64,000 nt of DNA from a virus. The stretch lies in the IMG/VR virus record IMGVR_UViG_3300045988_157190, positions 32,001 to 96,000 of that record; one strand, written 5' to 3'. Under the pieces are notes generated by a model. That model had not been told where the DNA came from. It did no database searches and saw nothing but the letters and a program-made list of their open reading frames with translations. Below, piece after piece: positions 1 through 9,320 of this stretch (positions within the stretch are counted from its first letter, which is position 1; each line of letters starts with the position of its first letter). The translations under genes and the position numbers were made by a program.

Positions 1-2
1 GA

Positions 3-143
3 GAAGCCACAATCAAAGGCGTAAGTGTGGCAAGGGATTTTAGAAACATTGAGCTGGATGTTATTCGAAATGGAAAACTGAAATCCCTAAGGATAGGAAT
101 AACAGGATTTTTGAAATCGGCAATCATAAAAGAAAGTATATGA
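3..143 (+). CDS. 3' end of an ORF starting upstream of the window (partial)
   Basis: Frame 3 is open from the window edge to TGA at 141-143. The stop overlaps the next start (ATGA). Confidence 0.35.
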   Translation, partial: EATIKGVSVARDFRNIELDVIRNGKLKSLRIGITGFLKSAIIKESI

Positions 144-625
144 TGAAAAGAAATTCGGTAATTGCTTTTTGTTTGTTATTTTGTTGTTTTATTGGTTTGG
201 GTGGGTGCAAATCCCGCCCTTCCCAAAAGACAAATTATAACTTCACATTAAAAGATTCCCTATTCTGGGAAAGAGAACTGACAGATACGCTTGTAAAGAT
301 TCCCTATTCAATTGTAAACCTCACTATCAATCCTCAAAAAATGGAAGATGGGGAAAAGAGGGAAACAAGCAAGGGACAAGCAAATGTGATTGTTCAGAAA
401 GTAGGTGACACCATTATTGTAACAGCTTCTTGCGATAGTTTGGAATTAGTTGTAAAAAGCCTCAAAGAAAGACTGTCCAAGATGAGCGAAGAAAACGGAA
501 ACTTGAAAGAAGAAGTAAAAGCAGCTCCCAACAGATTGCTTTCTTTTTTAGGAGGGATGGGAATAGGTGCTTTTACGATTCTGATTGCATTATTCATTTT
601 ACTAAAAGTAACGAAAAGAATTTGA
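140..625 (+). CDS. lipoprotein with C-terminal TM anchor (unimolecular-spanin-like architecture)
   Basis: N-terminal signal peptide with lipobox LGGC, a coiled-coil-like KE-rich segment, and a C-terminal TM helix GMGIGAFTILIALFILL. Confidence 0.6.
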   Translation: MMKRNSVIAFCLLFCCFIGLGGCKSRPSQKTNYNFTLKDSLFWERELTDTLVKIPYSIVNLTINPQKMEDGEKRETSKGQANVIVQKVGDTIIVTASCDSLELVVKSLKERLSKMSEENGNLKEEVKAAPNRLLSFLGGMGIGAFTILIALFILLKVTKRI

Positions 626-629
626 GATT

Positions 630-1181
630 ATGGCTAAACTATTAGTAGCGGACAAAGAAATGATTAGAAATCAATTTGTCCAAAAAGTAGAAAAGAAATT
701 AAGTGATTATTTGGCGAAAATTGGAACACAATTGCAAGATAGAGTGAATGCTATTCTGTCGCCAGAAATAGAATCTATTGTAGATAGATATCCGTCCATG
801 CAGCCACTTTTGTTTTACAGAAGTATTTCCATAAACGATCTTCTAAAAATAAAGGGTGTCTGTATCTATGAAACCATTCCTTTTGATGGAATAGGAATGC
901 CCAAAATGTTTTATAATGAATATTTGAGCGATTTTAAACGCTATTTCGAAAAAGATATTTTGGAATGGAGCAAGAAAGCGTGTGAGTTTAAAAAGCTGGG
1001 GAACGAAACTAGAAACAGAGTTGCTTGTGCTCTCGACCATATCAACACAGAAAAGCAATTACAAGACAACTTCCCGGAAGCCTATGAGATTTTGATAGAA
1101 ATCAAGGACAAACAAAAAGAAGAAAGCAAGTGTGATTCTATAGAAAATACCAGAGCATTCCTTTCATCCTTAAACAAATAA
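630..1181 (+). CDS. hypothetical protein
   Basis: Tightly packed ORF in the operon. No motif recognised. Confidence 0.6.
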   Translation: MAKLLVADKEMIRNQFVQKVEKKLSDYLAKIGTQLQDRVNAILSPEIESIVDRYPSMQPLLFYRSISINDLLKIKGVCIYETIPFDGIGMPKMFYNEYLSDFKRYFEKDILEWSKKACEFKKLGNETRNRVACALDHINTEKQLQDNFPEAYEILIEIKDKQKEESKCDSIENTRAFLSSLNK

Positions 1182-1185
1182 AATC

Positions 1186-3114
1186 ATGACACAGAAACAA
1201 AAAGAACTGGAAGGCAAAATCATAGAAGCCAACCAAAAATACAGAGAAGGTGCTCCTATTATGAGTGATAAGGAGTATGATCTTTTGATTGATCAGTTAA
1301 AAAAGGAATATCCTGATAGTGAAATCCTGACAAAACCTATCATTGAAGAAAACAAAAAGGGTGACCGGATGGAAAAGCTACCTTATCCTATGTTTTCTTT
1401 GGAAAAGGTAAAAACAATCAGTGAAATCAGAAGATGGGTTAAAGATGTATGGGGACTTCACCCTACTAACAAAATCGTTATTACACCCAAATATGACGGT
1501 ATTTCTCTTTTGGTGGATGAAACAATAAATGAATGTTGGACAAGAGGTGACGGGATAGAAGGACAAAGAAGCGACCGACATTACGAATACGTCAATCATG
1601 GCAACCCTATGGGCAAGAAGTCTTGCTTTACTTTCGGTGAAGCCATTATTCCTGTTGGTATGTTTCTGAAAAACGTAAAACCGCTTGGTTACAAAAGTGC
1701 AAGAAATTCTGTGGCAGGAGCTTTCAATGCGGATGAAATGAATCCGCAGGTTTTAGGGAACACCGCTTATATCCGGTACGGTATTATGGATTCAGATAGG
1801 GATAAATCTTTGCAGCTTGCAGAGCTTTACAATGTTTACGAACCGTATGCAACACAATACTGGGTGACTTCTGCTTCTATTTTTGATGATGAAAAATCCG
1901 CTCTCAATTATTTGAACGAACTGTTTGATCTTACCAAAAATTTCAAATGTGACGGTCTTGTGATTGAAGTGGATGACAAGAATATTCGTAATGCTTTGGG
2001 TAGACTTCCTAATGGAAATCCGCGTTACGCGATTGCTTACAAAAACCCGGATTGGCAGGAAAGATACACAACCAAAGTTACTTCTATCGAGTGGGGTATT
2101 TCAAAAGATGGCAAAAGCAAACCTGTAATCGTTTTTGAACCGGTTGAATTTGATGGTGCTACGGTTACACGCTGTACCGGTTACAATGCAAAATACATTA
2201 CTGATAACCATATTTGCCCTAATGCTTATATAGTGGTCACAAGAAGTGGAGATGTTATCCCCAAACACTTGGAAACGTTAAAATACAGTATTGAGTGCTT
2301 TGAGGGGATGTGTGACAGCATGATGTTCTGTCCTTCTTGTGGAGAACCTTTGAAATGGGATGCAACCCTAACCGACCTTGTTTGTTTAAATCCTAATTGT
2401 GATGAAAAAGCGATAAAGCAACTTGTCTATTTCTTTGCTACATTGGGTACGGAAGAAATGCAGGAAGCAACTGTAAGAAAACTCTATAAAGGTGGACTTT
2501 TCTCTATCGAGGACATCATAAACGTAACAAAAGAGGAACTTGAAAAGATCGAAGGAATAGGTAAAAGCCTTTCCAAAAAACTGCGAAAGCAATTTGATTC
2601 CTATGTAGACGATGGAGTTCCTTTTGCAAGAGTTCTGACTGCTTACAATGTGTTCGGTGGTGTAATAGGAGAAAAGACTTGCCAGATGATTTTCAACAGC
2701 CTCACCAAAGACCAGATAGACTATATGTTCGAAAACGAGGAAGTTCCTATGAAAGACTTGCTTTCTATTGATGGTATTGCCGAGACTACTGCAAAATCTT
2801 TCAATGACGGACTAAAGGCATTCTTTGATCTTTGCAGTGGTACACCTGTTTCTATTTCTTTTATTCAAGAAGAAACGGTGAAAAATGACAATCCCGAATC
2901 AGTTTGCTTTACAGGATTCAGAAATAAACAGTGGGAAGAACGTCTTGCAAAAGAAGGACACAAAGTTGTTTCCAGCGTATCCAAAAACACAACAATCCTC
3001 GTAACGAAAGACAAGGAAAGTTCTTCATCCAAAGTAAAGAAAGCAAAGGATTTGAACATTCCTATTTTGACACCGGAAGAATTTGAAATCAAAATAGGAT
3101 GGAAAGAGATATAG
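1186..3114 (+). CDS. ligA: NAD-dependent DNA ligase
   Basis: Ia-domain pattern SDKEYDLLIDQLKKEYP, adenylation motif PKYDG, Cys4 zinc finger CPSCG...CLNPNC, HhH region and C-terminal BRCT-like VCFTGF. Confidence 0.95.
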   Translation: MTQKQKELEGKIIEANQKYREGAPIMSDKEYDLLIDQLKKEYPDSEILTKPIIEENKKGDRMEKLPYPMFSLEKVKTISEIRRWVKDVWGLHPTNKIVITPKYDGISLLVDETINECWTRGDGIEGQRSDRHYEYVNHGNPMGKKSCFTFGEAIIPVGMFLKNVKPLGYKSARNSVAGAFNADEMNPQVLGNTAYIRYGIMDSDRDKSLQLAELYNVYEPYATQYWVTSASIFDDEKSALNYLNELFDLTKNFKCDGLVIEVDDKNIRNALGRLPNGNPRYAIAYKNPDWQERYTTKVTSIEWGISKDGKSKPVIVFEPVEFDGATVTRCTGYNAKYITDNHICPNAYIVVTRSGDVIPKHLETLKYSIECFEGMCDSMMFCPSCGEPLKWDATLTDLVCLNPNCDEKAIKQLVYFFATLGTEEMQEATVRKLYKGGLFSIEDIINVTKEELEKIEGIGKSLSKKLRKQFDSYVDDGVPFARVLTAYNVFGGVIGEKTCQMIFNSLTKDQIDYMFENEEVPMKDLLSIDGIAETTAKSFNDGLKAFFDLCSGTPVSISFIQEETVKNDNPESVCFTGFRNKQWEERLAKEGHKVVSSVSKNTTILVTKDKESSSSKVKKAKDLNIPILTPEEFEIKIGWKEI

Positions 3115-3203
3115 AAGACTGGATCAATGACTTCGAGGATGAAGAAACTTATGATCCTAATGAAGACGATCAATTCGAGTAGTTTAATTTGACATAAAAA
3201 CGA

Positions 3204-3455
3204 ATGAATAAGATTTACAGGGAGGTAACTTTCAACTTCATGAAAGCATTGAATAAAGCCGGGTTTAGAACAAATGCCAGAAGTTTTATTTCCATGCGGT
3301 CTGTGGACAAAATTATCTCCCTACTCTTTGAAGTCATATTCGACAAACTGGAAAGAGACGGAAAAGTCAATATCAAGAATTTCTGTATCATTAAGAAGAT
3401 TAAGTGTAAGAATGACAAATATTATTTTGAATTTATAGACAATAGAAAGAAATGA
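3204..3455 (+). CDS. small basic protein (weak HU/IHF-like pattern)
   Basis: 83 aa. The N-terminal helix pattern and KLERDGKVNIKNF resemble HU, but the DNA-binding arm is not evident. Confidence 0.45.
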   Translation: MNKIYREVTFNFMKALNKAGFRTNARSFISMRSVDKIISLLFEVIFDKLERDGKVNIKNFCIIKKIKCKNDKYYFEFIDNRKK

Positions 3456-3949
3456 ACACGAATTTTGAAACCAAATTTGGATGTGGTAAAGCTGCAACAG
3501 TAGAATGGTACACACCACCTTACATTTTAGAAGCGTTAGGAAATGATTTTGATCTTGATCCTTGTGCTCCTAAAAAAGATTGGTACACTGCAAAGAAATG
3601 CTTTACCAAAGAAGATGATGGGCTTGTGCAGGATTGGAAAGGGTTTGTATTTCTTAATCCACCTTACTCTCAACCAGAACTTAAACTATTTGTAAAGAAA
3701 ATTTCTGAACATGGAAACGGTATAGCTCTTATTTATTCAAAGGTGGGAAATACAATGTTTCATGAATTTGTGTGGGATAAAGCCACTTCTATTTATTTTC
3801 TAAGGAAAAGAATTAGGTTTATCGATATAAATGGGGAAGAAGGAAGAAGTCCTAATGCAAATAATTGCTTCGTTGCTTATGGTGGCAAAGCTGATGGTAT
3901 TCTTAAAAATTTATCGTTACCGGGTAAATACATAAAGTTAAATCAATGA
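3452..3949 (+). CDS. DNA N6-adenine methyltransferase (phage Dam family)
   Basis: WYTPPYILEAL...FDLDPCA and the catalytic NPPYS motif. ATGA overlap with the upstream gene. Confidence 0.85.
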   Translation: MNTNFETKFGCGKAATVEWYTPPYILEALGNDFDLDPCAPKKDWYTAKKCFTKEDDGLVQDWKGFVFLNPPYSQPELKLFVKKISEHGNGIALIYSKVGNTMFHEFVWDKATSIYFLRKRIRFIDINGEEGRSPNANNCFVAYGGKADGILKNLSLPGKYIKLNQ

Positions 3950-5652
3950 TGTACTATTACAAGGAAAAGGATTATTGGTATTTTGCCGGATTGGACAAGG
4001 AAGCTCTGATTAGGCTTAAATTTATTTCTTCTTACAAAAGAAATTCTACCAACAAGGAGTTATATATTAAATCTGATCCCGCAAAAGAGATTCTGCTCAA
4101 AGAATTTGTATCGGATTGTGGAATAGAAGAAGTCGATCCTCTTTCTATTGTTCGTACAGGTTGCAAAGCTGAAATAAAGCCTTTTGAGGAACTTTTGTCA
4201 AGAAAGGATATAAAACTATTGATAGAAGGACTTTCTCTCTTAAAAAAGCCGAGAAACTATCAAATGGACTATCTTTACTATGCTATCAATCACGGAAATC
4301 ATGTAAATGGCTCTTCGGTGGGGACAGGCAAAAGTCTATGTTCTGTTCTCTATGCTGAAATGCTTGATCTTTTTCCTTGTATGGTAGTCTGTCCGGCTTC
4401 TGTAAAATCCGGTTGGTTGAGAGAGTGGAAAGAAGCAAATCCAAATAGACAGGTATCTGTTATTTCCACCACTTCGCCAGCCGAAGATTTTGATGCTGAT
4501 GTCCTTGTGATCAATTACGATATTCTGGGGAAAAGAACGGAGAAGAACGGTAAGACCTCTATCGAAGTAAGGCTGGACGGGATGAAGAAAAAGAAATTTT
4601 CACTTGTCGTAGCTGATGAAATTCATTTTCTGAAAAACAGGAAATCCATACGGAGCAAGACGTTTAAGAAGTTAGCAGGGAAATCTTCTGCTATCATAGG
4701 ATTAACCGGTACGCTTATCATGAACCGTCCGGCAGAACTATTGAACATACTTGCACTTATAGGAAGATTGAAAGAGATTGCGCCGAATGATCCCTATCAT
4801 CACTATTTCTTTGAAAGGTATTGCAACATGAAAGAAACTTTTTTTGGAATGGATTTAACAGGAGCTTCCAATATCAAGGAACTGAATGATCTTCTCACCA
4901 AATGTTGCTATTTCCATGTAAGCAAACGGGATGCTTTAAAAGAACTTCCGCCTGTAACCGAAAACATGATAGAATGCGAGATAACCAACAAGAAGGCTTA
5001 CAAGTCCGCGGAAGAAGATTTGTTGGAATTTATCTTTAAGCATTTCAAAGATGAAGAAAGGGTAGAAAAGGCAGCAAGGGCAGAGTTTCTGGTAAAGATG
5101 AATCTTCTAAAACAACTTTCTTTAGAAGGAAAGGTAAAGGCAATTAAAAAGTGGATAGAAGAATGGTTAGAAGCAAACGAAGACGATAAATTGCTCGTAT
5201 TCGGTTCTCATTCCACTATTTTGAAAGATATACAAAAATTTTTCAAGAACAGCCTGCTTGTTATAGGTGAGACAACTGGAAAGAAAAGAGAAAAAACATT
5301 GTCTGACTTTTCTTCTGATCCTTCCAAAAGACTTTTATTTGCCAATATAGGATGCTTAGGTACTGGAGTAGATGGACTTCAAAAGGTTTGCTCGAACATG
5401 GCTATTTTGGAACTGCCACCTCGTCCAAGTGATCTTGTACAGGTAATAGGAAGATTGGAGAGAAGCGGACAACAAAACCCGGTCACAATTCAATACCTGC
5501 TTTCTTCTTCTACCATAGACAAGGATTTATGGGAAATGCTGAAAAACAAGAAGTCGGTTACCGATATGTTGAATAAGGGTTTTGAGGACGATTCAAGTCT
5601 GATGATTTTAAAAAGTTATGGCGAAAAAGCAAAGAAAAGGAAAGGTTCTTGA
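3946..5652 (+). CDS. SNF2-family helicase/ATPase
   Basis: Motif I GTGKS, motif II DEIH, motif III LTGTLIMNRPAEL, motif V GTGVDGLQ, motif VI QVIGRLERSGQ. Confidence 0.9.
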   Translation: MMYYYKEKDYWYFAGLDKEALIRLKFISSYKRNSTNKELYIKSDPAKEILLKEFVSDCGIEEVDPLSIVRTGCKAEIKPFEELLSRKDIKLLIEGLSLLKKPRNYQMDYLYYAINHGNHVNGSSVGTGKSLCSVLYAEMLDLFPCMVVCPASVKSGWLREWKEANPNRQVSVISTTSPAEDFDADVLVINYDILGKRTEKNGKTSIEVRLDGMKKKKFSLVVADEIHFLKNRKSIRSKTFKKLAGKSSAIIGLTGTLIMNRPAELLNILALIGRLKEIAPNDPYHHYFFERYCNMKETFFGMDLTGASNIKELNDLLTKCCYFHVSKRDALKELPPVTENMIECEITNKKAYKSAEEDLLEFIFKHFKDEERVEKAARAEFLVKMNLLKQLSLEGKVKAIKKWIEEWLEANEDDKLLVFGSHSTILKDIQKFFKNSLLVIGETTGKKREKTLSDFSSDPSKRLLFANIGCLGTGVDGLQKVCSNMAILELPPRPSDLVQVIGRLERSGQQNPVTIQYLLSSSTIDKDLWEMLKNKKSVTDMLNKGFEDDSSLMILKSYGEKAKKRKGS

Positions 5653-6112
5653 AGTTTGGACAGACGGCAGTTGCAATGCTAACCATCCCAAAAAACTGGG
5701 TGGGTCTGCCGTTTACATCAAATGGAAAGACAAGGAATATCACATAAGAAAAGGGTTTTCTCATACCACCATAGGCAGAAGGGAAATGGAAGCCGTTCTA
5801 ATGGCTTTAAAGGCTATTAAAAAGGATTTAAGGGCAACCGTTACCTTCTATATAGACAGCCAATACGTAGCTGATCAATTAAAATACAGATTCGTAGATT
5901 GGGTGAAAGAAGACTTGCGTGTAGAGAATCAGGACTTGTGGGACAAAATCTTCATGGAAGTCTTGAAACACGCAAAACTAAGAATAAAGGTCAAATGGAT
6001 TCCGGGACATAAGAAAGATTACAATGATCCTATTGTTTGTGGAAATTTCATTGCCGACTATTTAGCGGATTACAAAAAATTCAGTAAGTATGAAAAAGAT
6101 CGTCGTGTATAA
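5618..6112 (+). CDS. rnhA: ribonuclease HI
   Basis: WTDGSC (Asp), REMEAVLMAL (Glu), IDSQYV (Asp), and IPGH...ADYLA C-terminal His/Asp. Confidence 0.88.
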   Translation: MAKKQRKGKVLEVWTDGSCNANHPKKLGGSAVYIKWKDKEYHIRKGFSHTTIGRREMEAVLMALKAIKKDLRATVTFYIDSQYVADQLKYRFVDWVKEDLRVENQDLWDKIFMEVLKHAKLRIKVKWIPGHKKDYNDPIVCGNFIADYLADYKKFSKYEKDRRV

Positions 6113-6437
6113 TAAGCTGATCCCTTTCAAGGGATATGTAGCAATGGCCGTTTTTCCTTTTATTTTTGCAAGGAAAGAATATAAACCATTGGCAGAAAGA
6201 ACAATAAATCATGAATCAATTCATCTAAAGCAACAAATAGAGCTTCTTGTCCTACCTTTCTTTTTGTGGTATGGGATAGAATGGGTTGTAAGATTAATCC
6301 AATACAAGAGCTTAAAAGAGGCTTACAGAAACATTTCTTTTGAAAGAGAAGCATACGATAATGAATGGGACGAAGAATATTTGGATGGCATAAGAGAGCC
6401 GTTTGAGTTCCTACACTATCTAAGAAAAGAAGACTAA
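6090..6437 (+). CDS. membrane protein with HExxH motif (putative metallopeptidase-like)
   Basis: HESIH motif followed by hydrophobic helices and FEREAY. Confidence 0.5.
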   Translation: MKKIVVYNKLIPFKGYVAMAVFPFIFARKEYKPLAERTINHESIHLKQQIELLVLPFFLWYGIEWVVRLIQYKSLKEAYRNISFEREAYDNEWDEEYLDGIREPFEFLHYLRKED

Positions 6438-6463
6438 TAACAACAAAGCAAACGAAAAGAATT

Positions 6464-7936
6464 ATGGAATGGAGCAAGTATCAATTGGCTATTTTCGATG
6501 CTTACGAGAATACCAACAAAAACATAGTAATAGAAGCGACAGCCGGGAGTTCAAAAACAACATGCTTAAAGGAAATCTGCAATCGAACAAATGAAGATAC
6601 AACTTGTTTGTTTATGGCGTTCAACAAAAGTATTGCAGAAGAACTAAAAACAAAACTACCCTATTTTGTAGACTGTTATACCTATCATGCAATGGGACTT
6701 CGTACTTTAAGAAGAAACTTCCGGTTCAAGCATCAAATAGATGAAAACAAATGTTTCAGTATTTGTAAAAAACTGTTTGATGATAGAGCGATGCCTTACA
6801 AAGAAAGAGCAAAATACTATTTTGCTTTACAAGAATTGTGGGGTAGAGTTAGAACAAGTCTGTGTGAGATAAACAAAGAAAATATCTCTATCCTTTGTGT
6901 GGAATGCGATATAGATTATGAAGATTCCATGATAAAGGATTTGCAAGAGATAGAAAAAGAATGGAGAAAAGGTTGTGCAAATATCCAAAACAATTTTCAA
7001 TTTAAAATGGATTTTATAGACATGCTGTGGATTCCATATAATTATGTGGATGAAATGAATTTCTATAAATATCAAGTTGTGTGCCTGGATGAGCAACAGG
7101 ATATGAATATTATACAGAGGGAGTTGATGAAAAAATATATCAAACCAAGAGGAAGGTTTGTTGCAGTAGGTGATTCAAAACAGGTTCTTTATAATTTCAT
7201 GGGTTCTGACTTGGACGTGTTTAATTCCATAAAAGAAATGCCGAATACAATTTGCCTCCCACTTTCTGTTACTTACCGGTGCGCAAGACAAATTGTTGAA
7301 AGAGCAAACGAAGTGTTTCCCGGTACGGAATGTACTGCCACAGCGAAAGAAGGTATTGTAAGAAGTGGTGACATCTTTGAAGCTGAAAGTGGGGATTTCA
7401 TTCTTTGTAGGAACAACTTTCCATTAGTCGTTGCTTTTATTATGTTACTGGAAAAGGGAAAGAAAGCATCCATCATGGGACGGGACTTCGGGGAAAATCT
7501 TTGTCGGCTGATGGATAATCAAAGCTGTTTGGATGACCTGTACCTCCTATTGGAAGACAAAGCCTCTAAATTGAAAAAAAGAGGTTTATCCGAAATCGCT
7601 ATTATCAACAATGCTTCTTATTTGGCATTGAAAGAAAAAGTTTCCATCATTGAAACCCTGTACAAACGTTTTCCCGGTTCTTTTTTAGCTTTGAAACAAA
7701 AGATCAAGAACATTTTCTCTGATGACAAAACAGGCATCATTCTTTCTACCATACACAAAAGCAAAGGGTTGGAAGCAAAACGGGTTTTCTTTTTAAATCC
7801 TGAATTAATTCCTTCCAAATTTGCAAAGACATCTAAAGCTCTGTATGCAGAGGATTGTTTGAAGTTCGTTGCCATTACAAGAGCAAAGGAAGAACTGGTT
7901 TATTGTCATATAAATACAGAAGAATCTCCTTTATAA
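6464..7936 (+). CDS. UvrD/PcrA-like superfamily 1 helicase
   Basis: Walker A AGSSKTT, motif II DEQQD, motif III GDSKQVLYNFMG, motif V TIHKSKGLE, motif VI VAITRAKEEL. Confidence 0.87.
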   Translation: MEWSKYQLAIFDAYENTNKNIVIEATAGSSKTTCLKEICNRTNEDTTCLFMAFNKSIAEELKTKLPYFVDCYTYHAMGLRTLRRNFRFKHQIDENKCFSICKKLFDDRAMPYKERAKYYFALQELWGRVRTSLCEINKENISILCVECDIDYEDSMIKDLQEIEKEWRKGCANIQNNFQFKMDFIDMLWIPYNYVDEMNFYKYQVVCLDEQQDMNIIQRELMKKYIKPRGRFVAVGDSKQVLYNFMGSDLDVFNSIKEMPNTICLPLSVTYRCARQIVERANEVFPGTECTATAKEGIVRSGDIFEAESGDFILCRNNFPLVVAFIMLLEKGKKASIMGRDFGENLCRLMDNQSCLDDLYLLLEDKASKLKKRGLSEIAIINNASYLALKEKVSIIETLYKRFPGSFLALKQKIKNIFSDDKTGIILSTIHKSKGLEAKRVFFLNPELIPSKFAKTSKALYAEDCLKFVAITRAKEELVYCHINTEESPL

Positions 7937-7998
7937 GTAACAAACAAAAGAAAGAAAAACTGACAATTTTACGTATTTTAACCATAAAAGAGTGATTA

Positions 7999-8022
7999 TG
8001 TAACAGTATAATGTTACATTTG
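7999..8022 (+). promoter_or_regulatory. operator palindrome TGTAACA-N6-TGTTACA fused to -7 box TACATTTG
   Basis: tgtaacagtataatgttacatttg, 21 nt upstream of the ATG at 8043. Confidence 0.6.
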
Positions 8023-8042
8023 CAACATCAAAAACTAAGAAG

Positions 8043-8366
8043 ATGAAAAAGAATAAATTTTATATCATTGTTCCTCATGAAAATGGGAAAATTTCGCTTT
8101 TCAATGCAAGCAAAATAGAAGAGCTGGGATCTTATTTACCTTCTATGGAAGCTGTAAAGACAAACATCGAGCTTCAAATGGCAAAATGGAGAAAGGATCA
8201 TTCCTATAAACCGCAACCGTTAATGTTGGGTGTTCCTTTGGATGTATTCTTGAAAGTGAAAGCCATTACAAAAGGCAAATGGAATGAGATACCTTTGAAC
8301 CAAGGCTGTAATGGCGTACCATCCGTTCTTCTTATCCCTAATAAAAAGGAAGATGGGGAAGAATGA
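8043..8366 (+). CDS. hypothetical protein
   Basis: First ORF after the operator/promoter at 7999-8022. Confidence 0.6.
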   Translation: MKKNKFYIIVPHENGKISLFNASKIEELGSYLPSMEAVKTNIELQMAKWRKDHSYKPQPLMLGVPLDVFLKVKAITKGKWNEIPLNQGCNGVPSVLLIPNKKEDGEE

Positions 8367-8838
8367 CGGAATCACAAAAGATGTCCTTGTTGCTTTAGAC
8401 AGTGACGCAAGAGCCATGAGATGTGATGAGATATATGAAACTGGGCATCTCACTCTTGCAGTCACATTAAAAAATCATTCAGAATTTGGGAGGGAGCTTG
8501 CAGAGTGTATCAAAGACGGTTACAACCATGTAATGAATTTTACTTTAAATACCGGCGACAGCTTCAAGGCAACAGCAGGACTTCTTGTAATGGATATGTG
8601 GGGAAACTGGATGTCTTTGTTGTCGGCAGAAGGGATACCGCTTTTCTCCTATGATTTTTCCGCATGGAGAAAGAAAGCTAAAAAGTTTCTGTACATAGAA
8701 AAAGCATCTTTCCTTCCCGACCCGGAAATAACCTACAATTTTAAGATGGAATCACCGTCTAAGAATTTCGTTATCATTCCAAGAGGTAGCGAAGAATGCG
8801 ATTTTACAAAAGGAATTATTTTACAATCATTAATCTAA
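8353..8838 (+). CDS. hypothetical protein
   Basis: I prefer the ATG at 8353 (MGKNDG...), which overlaps the upstream stop by 14 nt. The track start at 8311 is less likely. Confidence 0.5.
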   Translation: MGKNDGITKDVLVALDSDARAMRCDEIYETGHLTLAVTLKNHSEFGRELAECIKDGYNHVMNFTLNTGDSFKATAGLLVMDMWGNWMSLLSAEGIPLFSYDFSAWRKKAKKFLYIEKASFLPDPEITYNFKMESPSKNFVIIPRGSEECDFTKGIILQSLI

Positions 8839-8845
8839 TGACAGT

Positions 8846-9271
8846 ATGTATTTCGAATCAACTATAAATTACTGGACAGACAATCCAGACGGTTTTAAAC
8901 CGCCAAGAATACCTGTTAAAAGAACTATTCTTGTCAGGGCTTACACCTATACAGAAGTAGAAGCGATCACTACTGATTGGGGAAGCAAAGAAACAAATGA
9001 AGATTTTAGGATTTCTCCTATCAAGGAAACAGACATTATTTCTGTAGTAGGAGAGGGAGAGAAATTTTTCAAAGTCGTTTCCTACTATCCAGAAGCGACC
9101 CCTAAAGGAAAAGTAAAAATGCAGAAAGCTGTTTTGATGGTTAAATCCGATTCCGATACGGAAGCCATAGAAAGAACAAAGCTGTATTTTGATTTTCTGT
9201 CAGATATTAATGATCTGGTTATTAAATCCGTCACTCTTACAGAAATAGAAACATATATAGAGATAGATTGA
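8846..9271 (+). CDS. hypothetical protein
   Basis: ORF track. No motif recognised. Confidence 0.6.
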   Translation: MYFESTINYWTDNPDGFKPPRIPVKRTILVRAYTYTEVEAITTDWGSKETNEDFRISPIKETDIISVVGEGEKFFKVVSYYPEATPKGKVKMQKAVLMVKSDSDTEAIERTKLYFDFLSDINDLVIKSVTLTEIETYIEID

Positions 9272-9320
9272 AATGTATTCTAAAAAGAAGAGAGTAAACT
9301 TGAATTAATCAGCAAGAATC

